Positions 19,977 to 30,067 of a stretch of DNA of 64,000 nucleotides are shown piece by piece. How positions within the stretch are numbered: position 1 is the stretch's first letter; every line of letters starts with the position of its first letter. The notes under the pieces were generated by a model. The model did no database searches. It had not been told where the DNA came from and was given only the letters and a program-made list of their open reading frames with translations. A program made the translations under genes and the position numbers. Source of the stretch: an uncultured Acidobacteriota bacterium (GTDB lineage: Bacteria > Acidobacteriota > Thermoanaerobaculia > UBA5066); the NCBI GenBank assembly GCA_963779415.1, contig CAVZYA010000002.1, forward strand, positions 64,001 through 128,000, read 5' to 3'.

Positions 19977-21947
19977 CTACTCGGCCTTCACGAGCGGCAG
20001 CTCGACGAAGCTGGCCCGGCCCGGCGCGTGGTAGACGCGTTGCGTGGCCTTCGTGTAGTCGCCCGGCTTCGCCCAGAAGATGCTCGGCACGAAGGTCTGG
20101 GGGTTGCGGTCGTAGAGCGGGAACCAGCTCGACTGCACCTGCACCATGATCCGGTGCCCCGGCTTGAAGACGTGGTTCGCCGTCGGGAGGGCGAAGCGGT
20201 ACGAGAGCGGCTTTCCCGGTTCGAGGGCCTTCGGCGTCTCGAAGCTCTCGCGGTAGCGCCCCCGGAAGATGTCCATCGAAACCGCCAGCTGGTAGCCCCC
20301 CATCTCCGGCTGCCCCGCCACCTCGTCGGGCCAGACGTCGATCAGCTTCACCACCCAGTCGGAGTCCGTTCCGCTCGTCGAGGCGACCAGGTTCGCGACC
20401 GGCTCTCCGCTGATCTTCACCGGCTCCTCGAGGACGTCCGTCACGAAGACGGCGACGTCCGGCCGTCCCGACGCCTCGCGCTGGTCGTCCACCAGCCATA
20501 GCGGCCACGTCATTCCGTTGTCGTATCCCACCGGCTGGATCGGCCGCGCGCGGAACGGCACCGGTTTGGCCGGGTCCGAAATCCACTCCGTGTACGCCGC
20601 CCCGCCGCTCTTCGGCGCGGCGAAGCCGAGCGTCGATCCCGCCCCGAGGTAGAGAGGCGTCGCCTTCACCGTGCAGCCGCTCGCGCATCCGGCCGGCCAC
20701 GCCGGGAGCCGGCGCCAGACGTTCGTCCCCGTCTCGAACGCCATCACGGCCGGCAGGTTCGCCTTCGGAGCTCCCTCCTTCAGGTACTGGTCGAGGAACG
20801 GCAGGAGGATCTCCCGGCGGAAGGTCAGCGCCGTGTCGCTGTCGAACCGGATCGCCCCGAGCGAGCTTCCGTCCTTGATCTCCTGTGCGTGATGCCACGG
20901 CCCCATCACGAGGAAGACCTTGTCGTTTCCCGCGTCCTTCGGCTTGATCGCTCTCCAGACGGCCAGGGCGCCGTAGATGTCTTCCTGGTCCCAGAGGCTG
21001 TGGACCAGCATCACCGGCACTTTCAGCGGCTGCGCGGCCAGCACCTTGTCCACCGTCTGGTCGCGCCAGAACGCGTCGTACGCGGGGTGCTCGAGGATCT
21101 TCCGCCAGAAGCCCACCTGCTCGAGCCCGCGGCGCTTCGCCAGCTCGCCGGCCGACCCCGCCTCCATGAACATGTCGTAGTCGTCGCGGTGGCTCGTCCA
21201 CCACTTCGCGTCGTTCTTCCGCGTCGCCACCTGCTCGTAGATGTACGGGAGGTTCTGCTGGCGGAACGCGCCGTAGTGGAACCAGTCGTCCCCCATCCAG
21301 CCGTCCACCATCGGGTTCATCGGCACCGACACCTTCAGCGCCGGATGCGGGTTGACGAGAGCCATCAGCGGCAGGAAGCCGTCGTACGAGATGCCGAGGA
21401 TCCCGACCCGCCCGTTCGACTCCGGGACGTTCTTCACGAGCCAGTCGATCGTGTCGTACGTGTCCGTCGCGTGGTCCACCGGCGTCGGGTTCTGCGGGCC
21501 GGAGAGGGGGCGGTTCATCACGTAGTCCCCTTCCGAGCCGTACTTGCCGCGGACGTCCTGGACGACGCGGATGTAGCCCCCCTCGATGATCGTCTCGACC
21601 GCGTTGTCGTATCCGTCGAGGCTCGGGGCGAGGTGGGCGCTCTCCCGCCGCGTCGTCAGCTCCGTTGCGTCGTAGGGCGTCCGCGTCAGGAGCATCGGCG
21701 CTCCCTTCGCCCCCTTCGGCAGGAGGATCACCGTGTGCAGCTTCACCCCGTCGCGCATCGGGATCATCACGTCGCGCCGCTCGTAGTCGAAGCCGTGGTT
21801 CGTCGGCTTGAACTCGGCGGGGGTCTCGCTCGGCAGCGCCGGGTACATCGGCGGCGCCGACTGTCCGAGGGTCATGGTGGAGAGCCAGAGCGCCCCGACG
21901 ACCGGCGCCATGACGAACAATGTCCGAACGCGACGGGAACGAGTCAT
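19977..21947 (-). CDS. CocE/NonD family hydrolase (alpha-amino acid ester hydrolase-like)
   Basis: IPMRDGVKL, RTPY, QDVRGKYGSEG, GISYDG nucleophile, DQED, GPWHH; signal peptide. Confidence 0.93.
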   Translation of the reverse strand: MTRSRRVRTLFVMAPVVGALWLSTMTLGQSAPPMYPALPSETPAEFKPTNHGFDYERRDVMIPMRDGVKLHTVILLPKGAKGAPMLLTRTPYDATELTTRRESAHLAPSLDGYDNAVETIIEGGYIRVVQDVRGKYGSEGDYVMNRPLSGPQNPTPVDHATDTYDTIDWLVKNVPESNGRVGILGISYDGFLPLMALVNPHPALKVSVPMNPMVDGWMGDDWFHYGAFRQQNLPYIYEQVATRKNDAKWWTSHRDDYDMFMEAGSAGELAKRRGLEQVGFWRKILEHPAYDAFWRDQTVDKVLAAQPLKVPVMLVHSLWDQEDIYGALAVWRAIKPKDAGNDKVFLVMGPWHHAQEIKDGSSLGAIRFDSDTALTFRREILLPFLDQYLKEGAPKANLPAVMAFETGTNVWRRLPAWPAGCASGCTVKATPLYLGAGSTLGFAAPKSGGAAYTEWISDPAKPVPFRARPIQPVGYDNGMTWPLWLVDDQREASGRPDVAVFVTDVLEEPVKISGEPVANLVASTSGTDSDWVVKLIDVWPDEVAGQPEMGGYQLAVSMDIFRGRYRESFETPKALEPGKPLSYRFALPTANHVFKPGHRIMVQVQSSWFPLYDRNPQTFVPSIFWAKPGDYTKATQRVYHAPGRASFVELPLVKAE

Positions 21948-22055
21948 CCGTGAGCCCCCCCGGCGGTCATCCAATCCGATTCCTGAAAAAAGGAATGATG
22001 ACACGTGAGCGGAGCCGGGCCGTTGGCGCTAAAATGGTTCCGTTCCGGAGGCACC

Positions 22056-22286
22056 ATGCCCCTCAGCCTCTCCATCAAGAACGTCCCCGACGAGCTGGCG
22101 AAGCATCTGCGGGATCGCGCCGAACGAAACCGTCGTTCCCTGCAGCGGGAGCTGCTCGTCATTCTCGAAGAGGCGGCGACGCCACGGGTCGCTCCCCGCG
22201 AGGCCCTCGAGCGGATTCGGGCGATGGGCTTGAAGACGCCTGCGGAGTCCGTGCGGATGATCCGGAAGCTGCGCGATGCCCGTTAA
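22056..22286 (+). CDS. FitA/Arc-like ribbon-helix-helix antitoxin
   Basis: LSIKNVPDEL...RAERNRRSLQRELLVILEEA; overlaps a PIN gene. Confidence 0.85.
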   Translation: MPLSLSIKNVPDELAKHLRDRAERNRRSLQRELLVILEEAATPRVAPREALERIRAMGLKTPAESVRMIRKLRDAR

Positions 22287-22653
22287 GGTCGCCGACGCCT
22301 CCGTTGTCGCTGCCCTCGTTTTCGGCGAGCCCGAGGCAGGCGAGGCGGCGACCCTTCTTTCGGACGCGGAGCTGGTCGCCCCATCCCTCCTGAAGTTCGA
22401 GCTGGCCAACACCGCGTGGAAGAAAGCCACCCGCCAACCGGAGAAGGCGTCTCTCATCGCTGCCGGCCTGCGCCTGGCGCTCGAGCTCGACATCCGCTAC
22501 GTCGATGTCGACCATGAGGCGGTTCTCGACCTCGCGCTGGAGAAAAACCTCTCGGCCTACGATGCTTGCTACCTGTGGCTTGCCCGGACCCTCAAGGCCC
22601 CCCTCGCGACATTCGACACGAGACTGAAGCGCGTCCGGCCTCGCGCTCACTGA
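22276..22653 (+). CDS. vapC: VapC-type PIN domain toxin
   Basis: VADAS, FELAN, LSAYDACY, LATFD acidic PIN motifs. Confidence 0.9.
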   Translation: MPVKVADASVVAALVFGEPEAGEAATLLSDAELVAPSLLKFELANTAWKKATRQPEKASLIAAGLRLALELDIRYVDVDHEAVLDLALEKNLSAYDACYLWLARTLKAPLATFDTRLKRVRPRAH

Positions 22654-22672
22654 CCTGCCGCCGCCCGCTCCC

Positions 22673-24442
22673 TCACGCGATCTCGAGCCAGCCGAACCAG
22701 ACGGGGTGGTTCGCGCGGTACCACGTCAGCACCTGCCGGATGATCTCCTGCTTCTCGCGAGGAACGACCTTCTCGTCGAGGCGGTCGAAGTGGACGCGCA
22801 CCGTCTCCCCGTCGTGCTCGAGCGCCTGCGACAGCATCGTCTGGAGCTCGTTGCGAATCCGCCCCGAGTCGGAGACCTTCACCGGGCGGGTCGTGTAGTC
22901 GACCCCCGACATGAACCGGACGAGGAGCGGGCTGAAGACGTGCCGCGCCGTGTCGAGCGGCTCCATCAGCCGGAAGGTGAACGTGATGCGGCTCGCGGCC
23001 TGGTGCGTGGCCAGCCGCGTCGTCACCCGGTAGACGCCGTCGGCCAGGCGCGTCACGCCGCGCGTCCCCGTGTAGGGGTCGTCGCAGACGTAGCCGGTCG
23101 AGGCCAGCACGTGCCAGTGCTTCCCGGGGAGAAAGTCGTCGGGCCTGAGCGCCGGCCGGCCGAGCGGGACGTTCGACGCGGCCGCCTCGCGGATCGCCTC
23201 CGCGTACGACCGCACTCTCCCCGCCTCCACCTCCCCGCCCCCGACCATCTCCGCCACCCTCCGCGCGAAGTCGGGAGCGGCCGGGTCGAGCTGCATCAAC
23301 TCTCCTTCCGTCCGACACGGCAGCTCGAAGCTGGGGGAGAACAGCGCCATCGACGCGTCGACGTCGAGCACCTCGGAAAGGCTGGCGGCCTGCATGGCCT
23401 CGGCCGTCGCCGCGTAGCCGTCACAGAGAAAGAGGTGCGTCGCCCCGGCGGCGTCCCTCCAGCTTCCGACGAGGAACGTCGGGGCATACGTCCCCGAGTC
23501 GGTAAAGACCTCGAGGCCCGAGGGCGCCTTCCAGCCGTCCTCCACGAGGTGCACTCCCAGCGCCGTCCACTCCTCCCACAGCCTTCCGAGCCGTCCCTCG
23601 CGGCTTTTCCCCTGGAGCGTCCAGACGTGGACGTTCTCGCGGCGGATGCCGGGGTAGGCCCTCTCGATCGCATGGACGACCTCGGCGCGCGGCGTCCGGT
23701 AATCGAGCAGCAGCGACGCGCGGTCGGCCGCCTCGGCCACGCGCCGTGGAACCGTGAGGCATCCCATGTACGACTCGTAAGGGCGCGCGAGGACGAGCGG
23801 CGAGTCGAAGAGGTGGAAGACCGCCATCGGGCCCGTCGCCTTCCCTTCGGCGAAGCGGGAGGTGTTCTCCAGCGTGTCGACGGCCGCGCCCCAGAGCGTG
23901 ATCCCGCGCTTCTGCAGCCAGCCGTGAAAATGCTCGAACGTGTGTCCCGGCTCGTTCAGGAGGCGCCGCACCCTTCGTTCCACCATCCGCGCGACCTCGG
24001 GACGCGCGTAGACGCGGCCGAAGCCGAGGAGCGGGTTCGCGCCCATCTCGGGCGACTCCCCCGCCTTCGGCATCAACCCCTCCCCGAGGGAGACCATGAT
24101 CGCGTGGTTTTCGGGGAGCGTCCGCGTCAGATGCCACAGCCCCTCGCTCATCACGTAGGCGCTGATGGCATCCGCTCCCTTCTTCACCTGGTTGTAGGTG
24201 GCCTTGTCCTTCCCCGCCCCCTCGCCATATCCGCCGAAGAGCCGGGTCCCGAGCGCCGTGGCGGCCGAGGTCATCGCGACGCAGCGCGTGATCCCGCGCG
24301 GCGCGAACGCGAAAGTCGAGACCGGCTCGGGCTGCGAGCGCTCCACTTCCACGTCCTCCAGCCAGAGGTGAAAACGGAGCAGCACCGGACGCGTGTCGAA
24401 AGCCCACTGGGCGATCAGGTTTCGCTTCTCGATGTCCGTCAT
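22673..24442 (-). CDS. Highly divergent GlpX (class II fructose-1,6-bisphosphatase)-like protein with long C-terminal extension
   Basis: Colinear GlpX-like motifs: KKGAD, VSLGEG, NPLLGFG, AVDTLENT, ESYM..L.V, DSG, GYAATAE. Confidence 0.6.
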   Translation of the reverse strand: MTDIEKRNLIAQWAFDTRPVLLRFHLWLEDVEVERSQPEPVSTFAFAPRGITRCVAMTSAATALGTRLFGGYGEGAGKDKATYNQVKKGADAISAYVMSEGLWHLTRTLPENHAIMVSLGEGLMPKAGESPEMGANPLLGFGRVYARPEVARMVERRVRRLLNEPGHTFEHFHGWLQKRGITLWGAAVDTLENTSRFAEGKATGPMAVFHLFDSPLVLARPYESYMGCLTVPRRVAEAADRASLLLDYRTPRAEVVHAIERAYPGIRRENVHVWTLQGKSREGRLGRLWEEWTALGVHLVEDGWKAPSGLEVFTDSGTYAPTFLVGSWRDAAGATHLFLCDGYAATAEAMQAASLSEVLDVDASMALFSPSFELPCRTEGELMQLDPAAPDFARRVAEMVGGGEVEAGRVRSYAEAIREAAASNVPLGRPALRPDDFLPGKHWHVLASTGYVCDDPYTGTRGVTRLADGVYRVTTRLATHQAASRITFTFRLMEPLDTARHVFSPLLVRFMSGVDYTTRPVKVSDSGRIRNELQTMLSQALEHDGETVRVHFDRLDEKVVPREKQEIIRQVLTWYRANHPVWFGWLEIA

Positions 24443-24571
24443 GGCAGCCTCTCGAAGTGGGGACGAGGACTTGTTCTCGGAAGTATCTCAGGGGAAGGGT
24501 CGCCGGGGCACCGGTCTGCGTGGTCTCGGGGCGATTGCCGCGGCATAGACTTCCTTCCGAAGGAGATTCCC

Positions 24572-26602
24572 ATGGCTCTACGTACGGCCGTCACGCTGAC
24601 TCTCACGTTCCTCGTCGCCTTTTCCGTGCGGGCGCAGCAGCCGGTGCCCGTCCCCCCCGCGAAGGCCGGCGCCGCCCCCGTTCTCGCCTCGGAGCGCGTG
24701 GAGAAGGACTCGCCGCGCGCCACCCCCGCCGGGACGACCTTCATGGCGCCCGCCGGCTGGAGGATGACGACGAAGGGGGCGATGGTCCTCCTCGATCCGC
24801 CCGAGGCCGACTCGCACGTCGCGATCGTGGACGCGACGGCGAAGGACGCCGACGCCGCCGTCGCCGCGGCGTGGGCCGCGTACAAGCCGGACTTCTCCCG
24901 CCCGCTGAAGATCTCCATGCCGCAGACCGCTCGCGAGGGCTGGGACGAGCGGAAGGTCTACGAGTACGAGACGTCGCCGAACGAGCGGGTCGTCGTCAGC
25001 GCCATGGCATGGCGTGCCGGAGACGCCTGGACGGTGATCCTCCTCGACGGATCCGAGCCGACGTTCGAGAAGCGAGGTGCGCCGACCAACCTCGTGATCC
25101 AGAGCATCCGGCCGAAGGGGTATACCCGCGAGTCGTTCGCCGGGAAGAAGGCCCATCCGCTGGACGAGAAGAGGCTGGCGATCCTGAAGGAGTTCGTCGC
25201 GAGCGGGATGAAGACGTTCGACGTGCCGGGAGTGGGGCTGGCCTTCCTCGACGGCGGGAAGACCGTCTGGGCGGGCGGCCTCGGCGTGAAGGAGCTGGGG
25301 AAGCCCGACCCGGTCGACGCCGACACGCTCTTCATCGCCGCGTCGAACACGAAGGCGCTGACGACGCTCCTCCTCGCCGAGCTGGTGGACGAGGGGAAGA
25401 TGCGCTGGGACCAGCCGGTGACGGAGCTGTTCCCGGCGTTCAAGCTGGGGGACGAGGCGACGACGAAGCAGGTCCTCGTGAAGCACCTCATCTGCGCCTG
25501 CACGGGGATGCCGCGGCAGGACATGGAGTGGCTCTTCGAGTATGCGAACGAAACCCCTGCCTCGGCCGTGAAGCTCCTCGGGACGATGCAGCCGACCAGC
25601 CGCTTCGGCGAGGTCTTCCAGTACAGCAACCTGATGGCGGCCGCCGCCGGGTTCATCGGCGGGTCGAAGGCCGTCCCCGGGAAAGAGTGGGGAGCCGCCT
25701 ATGACGAGGCGATGCGGACGAAAGTCTTCGAGCCGCTCGGGATGACGACGACCACGTTCGACTTCGCGAAGGCCCTGAAGGGAGACGTTGCCCAGCCGCA
25801 CGGCGACGACGTGGACGGAAAGGTGACGCGCGGACGAATGGACCTGAACTACTCCGTCGTCCCGGTTCGCCCGGCGGGAGGGGTCTGGACGAGCCCGCGC
25901 GAGTTGGCGAAATACGTGGAGATGGAGCTCGCCAAGGGCCTGCTCCCGAATGGCAAGCGTCTGGTTTCCGAGGAGAACCTCCTCGCGAGGCGAAAGCCGC
26001 AGATCCTCCTCGCCGAGGACGCCTCGTACGGGATGGCCCTGATGGTCGACACGAAGTACCGGATTCCCGTGGTCCACCACGGCGGCGACCTCGCCGGGTT
26101 CCACAGCGACATGATCTGGCTGCCGGAGCATGGCGTGGGGGCCGTGATCCTGACGAACGCCGATTCGGGCGTCTACCTCCGCGGGCCGCTTCTGCGCCGA
26201 CTGCTCGAGGTTCTGTTCGACGGGAAGCCCGAGGCCGAGCAGGTGCTGAAGGTGTCCGCAGCACAGCGGAAGGCCGCCATCGCGAAGGAGCGCGAGCGGC
26301 TCGTCGTGCCGGCCGACCCGGCCGCCGCCGCGAAGCTGGCTCCGCGTTACACGAACCCGTCACTCGGCGAGCTGAAGTTCCTTCGCGAGGGGACGGCTAC
26401 CCTCGTCGACGTCGGCGAGTGGAAGAGCACCGTCGCTTCGAGGAAGAACGACGACGGGACGATCTCCTTCATCACGATCGACCCGACGCTTGCGGGATTC
26501 GAGTTCGTCGTGGCGGACAAGGACGGGAAGCGCCGGCTGATCACGCGCGACGCGCAGCACGAGTACGTCTTCGAGGAGGCGGCGAAGGCTGCGAAGCCCT
26601 GA
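24572..26602 (+). CDS. Secreted serine hydrolase, beta-lactamase class C/PBP-like family
   Basis: Signal peptide; SNTK (SxxK), YSN, HHGG. Confidence 0.9.
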   Translation: MALRTAVTLTLTFLVAFSVRAQQPVPVPPAKAGAAPVLASERVEKDSPRATPAGTTFMAPAGWRMTTKGAMVLLDPPEADSHVAIVDATAKDADAAVAAAWAAYKPDFSRPLKISMPQTAREGWDERKVYEYETSPNERVVVSAMAWRAGDAWTVILLDGSEPTFEKRGAPTNLVIQSIRPKGYTRESFAGKKAHPLDEKRLAILKEFVASGMKTFDVPGVGLAFLDGGKTVWAGGLGVKELGKPDPVDADTLFIAASNTKALTTLLLAELVDEGKMRWDQPVTELFPAFKLGDEATTKQVLVKHLICACTGMPRQDMEWLFEYANETPASAVKLLGTMQPTSRFGEVFQYSNLMAAAAGFIGGSKAVPGKEWGAAYDEAMRTKVFEPLGMTTTTFDFAKALKGDVAQPHGDDVDGKVTRGRMDLNYSVVPVRPAGGVWTSPRELAKYVEMELAKGLLPNGKRLVSEENLLARRKPQILLAEDASYGMALMVDTKYRIPVVHHGGDLAGFHSDMIWLPEHGVGAVILTNADSGVYLRGPLLRRLLEVLFDGKPEAEQVLKVSAAQRKAAIAKERERLVVPADPAAAAKLAPRYTNPSLGELKFLREGTATLVDVGEWKSTVASRKNDDGTISFITIDPTLAGFEFVVADKDGKRRLITRDAQHEYVFEEAAKAAKP

Positions 26603-26610
26603 CGGCGCGG

Positions 26611-27552
26611 TCAGTTGACCGGCAGGTCGTCGTCGGGAGGCGGGCCGCCCTCGGCCGAGGGAGATGAGCCCGCCTCCGCGGCGGCCAGCCGCCCGGCCTC
26701 CGCCTCCCGGTCGCGGCGCCTCTTGAGGGCCGCGACGATGGCGAGAAGGGCGATGCCGAGCCAGAGGACGGCGGTGGACGTGAGGATGGGGATCCACCGC
26801 TTGAGGACTCCCTGCCTGGCCCAGAACGCTTCGCCGACGTCGACGAGCGACGCTCCGGTCGTCCGTCGGAGCGCCTCGTCGAAGGAGAGACCCTGCGCGA
26901 CGCGGGAGAAGAGGGCGGCGGGGAGCCCCGTGCCGTACCGGTCGAGGAGGTCCTGCACGAGAGCGCCGGAGAGCGCGTACGCCCGTTCGACCTGCCAACG
27001 GTCTCCTTCGAAGAGGTCGTCCAGCATGAAGAGCGGGACCTTGTCGCCCGAGAGGAGGCCCAAAGCCAGCTCCGTCTGGTCCCGAAGCCGCCACGAGCGG
27101 CCCGCCAGCATCGCGACCCCTTCGTTGAACCAGCGAGGAATCCGGCGGCCGGCGGTCGCCCGGTAGATGAGGACGTGGGCGACCTCGTGCGCGAGGACTT
27201 CCTCGAGGCCTCCGTCGGGATAGGAGGGAGTCCGTTCCGGCAGGAGAACGACGACGTTCGAGACGCCGTCGGTGTAGCCGGAGACCCACGAGGGGGCGCT
27301 TTTCGCCAGAGGCGACGATTCCGGGGCGAGGACGACGCGGATGGGCGGGCCCGGCTCCGTGATACCGACCAGTTCCATCACACCCGCGACCCAGGGAGGC
27401 GAGGAGTCGGAGAGCCGGCTCGCGGAAGGCGGCAGGCCGGGCTCGCGCTCCAAGATCAGCGGAACCGGCCTCGCCGCGGCCATGTTCAGCGGGAGAAACG
27501 AGAGGAGAAGCAGCGCTCGCCTGGTCACGGAAAGGGATTCTGGACGAAACAT
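26611..27552 (-). CDS. Peptidase MA-like zinc metalloprotease with C-terminal TM helix
   Basis: LAHEVAH and PRWFNEG; start approximate. Confidence 0.8.
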   Translation of the reverse strand: MFRPESLSVTRRALLLLSFLPLNMAAARPVPLILEREPGLPPSASRLSDSSPPWVAGVMELVGITEPGPPIRVVLAPESSPLAKSAPSWVSGYTDGVSNVVVLLPERTPSYPDGGLEEVLAHEVAHVLIYRATAGRRIPRWFNEGVAMLAGRSWRLRDQTELALGLLSGDKVPLFMLDDLFEGDRWQVERAYALSGALVQDLLDRYGTGLPAALFSRVAQGLSFDEALRRTTGASLVDVGEAFWARQGVLKRWIPILTSTAVLWLGIALLAIVAALKRRRDREAEAGRLAAAEAGSSPSAEGGPPPDDDLPVN

Positions 27553-27664
27553 GGCCGAGGCCGAACGAAGCGTCCGTTCACCCCGATAATCCTTTCCGGA
27601 CCGGAGCGGCGAAGCCGGGAGGAACCGGAAATCTTTCAGGGCCGCACCGGGTGGGGTCATCACG

Positions 27665-29005
27665 ATGAACAGATGGATTCCTCTCCTCACCCTGACCGTC
27701 TGCTTCGGAGGAGCTCTGGCCGAGGAACCTCCTCCGGAGACGGGCAACGTGCTCACGATTTCCGACGCGATCCGGGCGACCGCCGCGGAGTCGCAGGCGT
27801 CCGTCGCCGCCGGCCTCGATCTCCGCGCGGCGCAGGAAGGGACGAATCGGGTGAAGGCGGCCTACTGGCCCGTTCTTTCGGCCTCGGGGAACTGGCAGGC
27901 CCGGGACAACCCGATCGTGGCGATCTTCGGAACATTCGAGGTCCCGACCACCAATAAGAACTTCTTCACGGCCGAGGCCGACCTGACCGAGCTTCTCTGG
28001 GACGGGGGGCGCCGCTCGGCGGCGCTCGAGATCTCCCGCGGCTCCGAGGCCGCGACGTCCCTGAAGGGGAAGGCGGACGTGCAGGCGACCGAGATGGAAG
28101 GCCTCGGCGCGTATCTGAAGGTGCTCGTCCTCAAGGCGCAGCGGCGGGTCGTGAACCAGCGGATCACCAGCCTCGAGGAGCACCTCCGCATCGCGCAGGA
28201 CCTCTACGATCAGGGGGTCGTGGCCCGAAACGACCTCCTCGGCACCGAAGTCCGTCTCCGCGTGGTGAAGGACCAGATCGGTCAGATTCAGAACGGGATC
28301 GCCGTGGCGATGCAGACCCTCGGCCGACTGATGGGCCGTCCTGCGGGCGAGAAGCTGAGTCTTCCCGAAGCCCTGGCGTCGCCCCCTCCGCTCCCCGACG
28401 GCGTGGACGGGCTGAAGCGCCGCGCGGCTGCAGGAAACCCGCGGCTGGAGGCCCTCCGTGCGAGCCTCAAGGTGGACCGGAGCACCGTTTCGGCCCGGAA
28501 GGGTGAGAGCTGGCCGAGCGTCTTCGCCCAGCTCTCCCACACGTACCAGGAGAACGCGTTCCTCGCCTATCCGAACGCGAACATCTTCTTCGTCGGAGTC
28601 TCCTGGCAAATATGGGAGAACGGGTCCCGGAAGGCCGCCGTGCGACAGGCGGAGATCTCCGCCGAGAAGACGGAGAGCGAGATCGGGGAGCTGGCGCGAG
28701 CCCTCGACATCGAGGTGGACCAGGCTTTTCGCGACTTCACTCAGGCGCTCCGGGAAGCCGACACGGCCCGCAAGAACGTGGAGGCCGCCGAGGAGAACCT
28801 CCGGATCGAGGAGGACCAGTACAAGGCCGGCCTCGCCCGGACGATCGACGTCCTCGACGCCGAGTCGACCCTCGCGGAGAGCCGCTTCTCCCTCGTGAAC
28901 CAGCACTACACGGCATACCTGAAGGAGGGGCTCCTCGGCGCCGCCGCGGGTCTCGATCTTCCCACCGTCTTCGCCGGCGCCCTCCCGGCGTCAGAGGAGC
29001 ACTGA
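27665..29005 (+). CDS. TolC family outer membrane efflux protein
   Basis: Signal peptide, two OEP repeats (YDQGVV..NDLL; YKAGL..TIDVLDAE). Confidence 0.9.
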   Translation: MNRWIPLLTLTVCFGGALAEEPPPETGNVLTISDAIRATAAESQASVAAGLDLRAAQEGTNRVKAAYWPVLSASGNWQARDNPIVAIFGTFEVPTTNKNFFTAEADLTELLWDGGRRSAALEISRGSEAATSLKGKADVQATEMEGLGAYLKVLVLKAQRRVVNQRITSLEEHLRIAQDLYDQGVVARNDLLGTEVRLRVVKDQIGQIQNGIAVAMQTLGRLMGRPAGEKLSLPEALASPPPLPDGVDGLKRRAAAGNPRLEALRASLKVDRSTVSARKGESWPSVFAQLSHTYQENAFLAYPNANIFFVGVSWQIWENGSRKAAVRQAEISAEKTESEIGELARALDIEVDQAFRDFTQALREADTARKNVEAAEENLRIEEDQYKAGLARTIDVLDAESTLAESRFSLVNQHYTAYLKEGLLGAAAGLDLPTVFAGALPASEEH

Positions 29006-29006
29006 C

Positions 29007-30050
29007 ATGGCCCGGAAGTGGATCAGCCTCGCCGTCATCCTCGCGGTCGTCCTCGCCATCGCCGTGGCCGGCTGGCGGAGATGGAAGCACTCGCAGGTCC
29101 ATCCGAACACCGAGGATGCCTACGTGAGCGGCGACGTCTACGCCGTCTCCTCCCGTATTCCCGGGACGCTGCTGTCGGTTGACGTGGTCGACAACCAGGA
29201 GGTCCGGGAGGGGCAGCTCGTCGCGACGCTCGACCCCCGCGACGCCGACGCGCAGGTCGAGCAGGCCGAGACGGCCCTCGGCGAGGCCCACGCGGCCCTC
29301 GCCACCCGCCGGGCCGAGATCGAGGAGAAGCGGGCGAAGTCCGCCGCCGACGCGAGCCGTCTCGCTCTGGCCCAAACGAACCTCACCCGCTACGGGGAAT
29401 TGAACCGGAAGAACTCGGTCCCGAAGGCCCGGTATGACGATGCCGTGGCCGCCGAGTCGGTCGCCGCCGCCGACCTCGATGCTTCGCAGAAGGCGCTGGC
29501 GGCGAAGGAGGCGGATCTCGGCGTGGCGGAGCAGAGGGTTCGGGTCCAGGAGTCGCGGCTCCGGAATGCCCGGTTAAACCACTCCTACTGCGCGATCACG
29601 ACGATCGTGGACGGGGTCGTCAGCAAGTTGACGGCCACGGCCGGCCAGGTCGTCGCGCCCGGACAGCCCCTCTGCGCCATCGTCCCGCTGACGGGCGACC
29701 ACGTCTGGGTCGAGGCCAACTTCAAGGAGACCGATCTGAGGCACATCCAGGTCGGCCAGCCGGCCACACTCCGGACCGACGTGAATCCGAACCGTACCTA
29801 CAGCGGCCGGGTCGAGAGCATCAGCGCGGGAACAGGGGCCGCCTTTGCGCTTCTTCCGCCGGAGAACGCGACGGGAAACTGGGTCAAGATCGTCCAGCGC
29901 CTCCCCGTCCGGATCGCCATCGACTCGGCGAGCAACAAAGACAAATCGCTCCGGCTCGGTCTCTCCGTTCACGTGGAGATCGACACCCTGACGGGCCCGG
30001 CCGAGAAGCCGGCGTCCGCGCCCGTCCGGACGACCTCCGTCCCGGACTGA
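29007..30050 (+). CDS. emrA: EmrA/HlyD family membrane fusion protein
   Basis: TEDAYV, WVEANFKET, LLPPENATGNWVKIVQRLPVRI. Confidence 0.92.
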   Translation: MARKWISLAVILAVVLAIAVAGWRRWKHSQVHPNTEDAYVSGDVYAVSSRIPGTLLSVDVVDNQEVREGQLVATLDPRDADAQVEQAETALGEAHAALATRRAEIEEKRAKSAADASRLALAQTNLTRYGELNRKNSVPKARYDDAVAAESVAAADLDASQKALAAKEADLGVAEQRVRVQESRLRNARLNHSYCAITTIVDGVVSKLTATAGQVVAPGQPLCAIVPLTGDHVWVEANFKETDLRHIQVGQPATLRTDVNPNRTYSGRVESISAGTGAAFALLPPENATGNWVKIVQRLPVRIAIDSASNKDKSLRLGLSVHVEIDTLTGPAEKPASAPVRTTSVPD

Positions 30051-30067
30051 GAGAACGGCTCGACGCA

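Noticed and set aside
24572-26602. Beta-lactam resistance gene
   Set aside because: The SxxK/YSN/HGG family includes many peptidases and esterases; the size and extra domains do not match AmpC.
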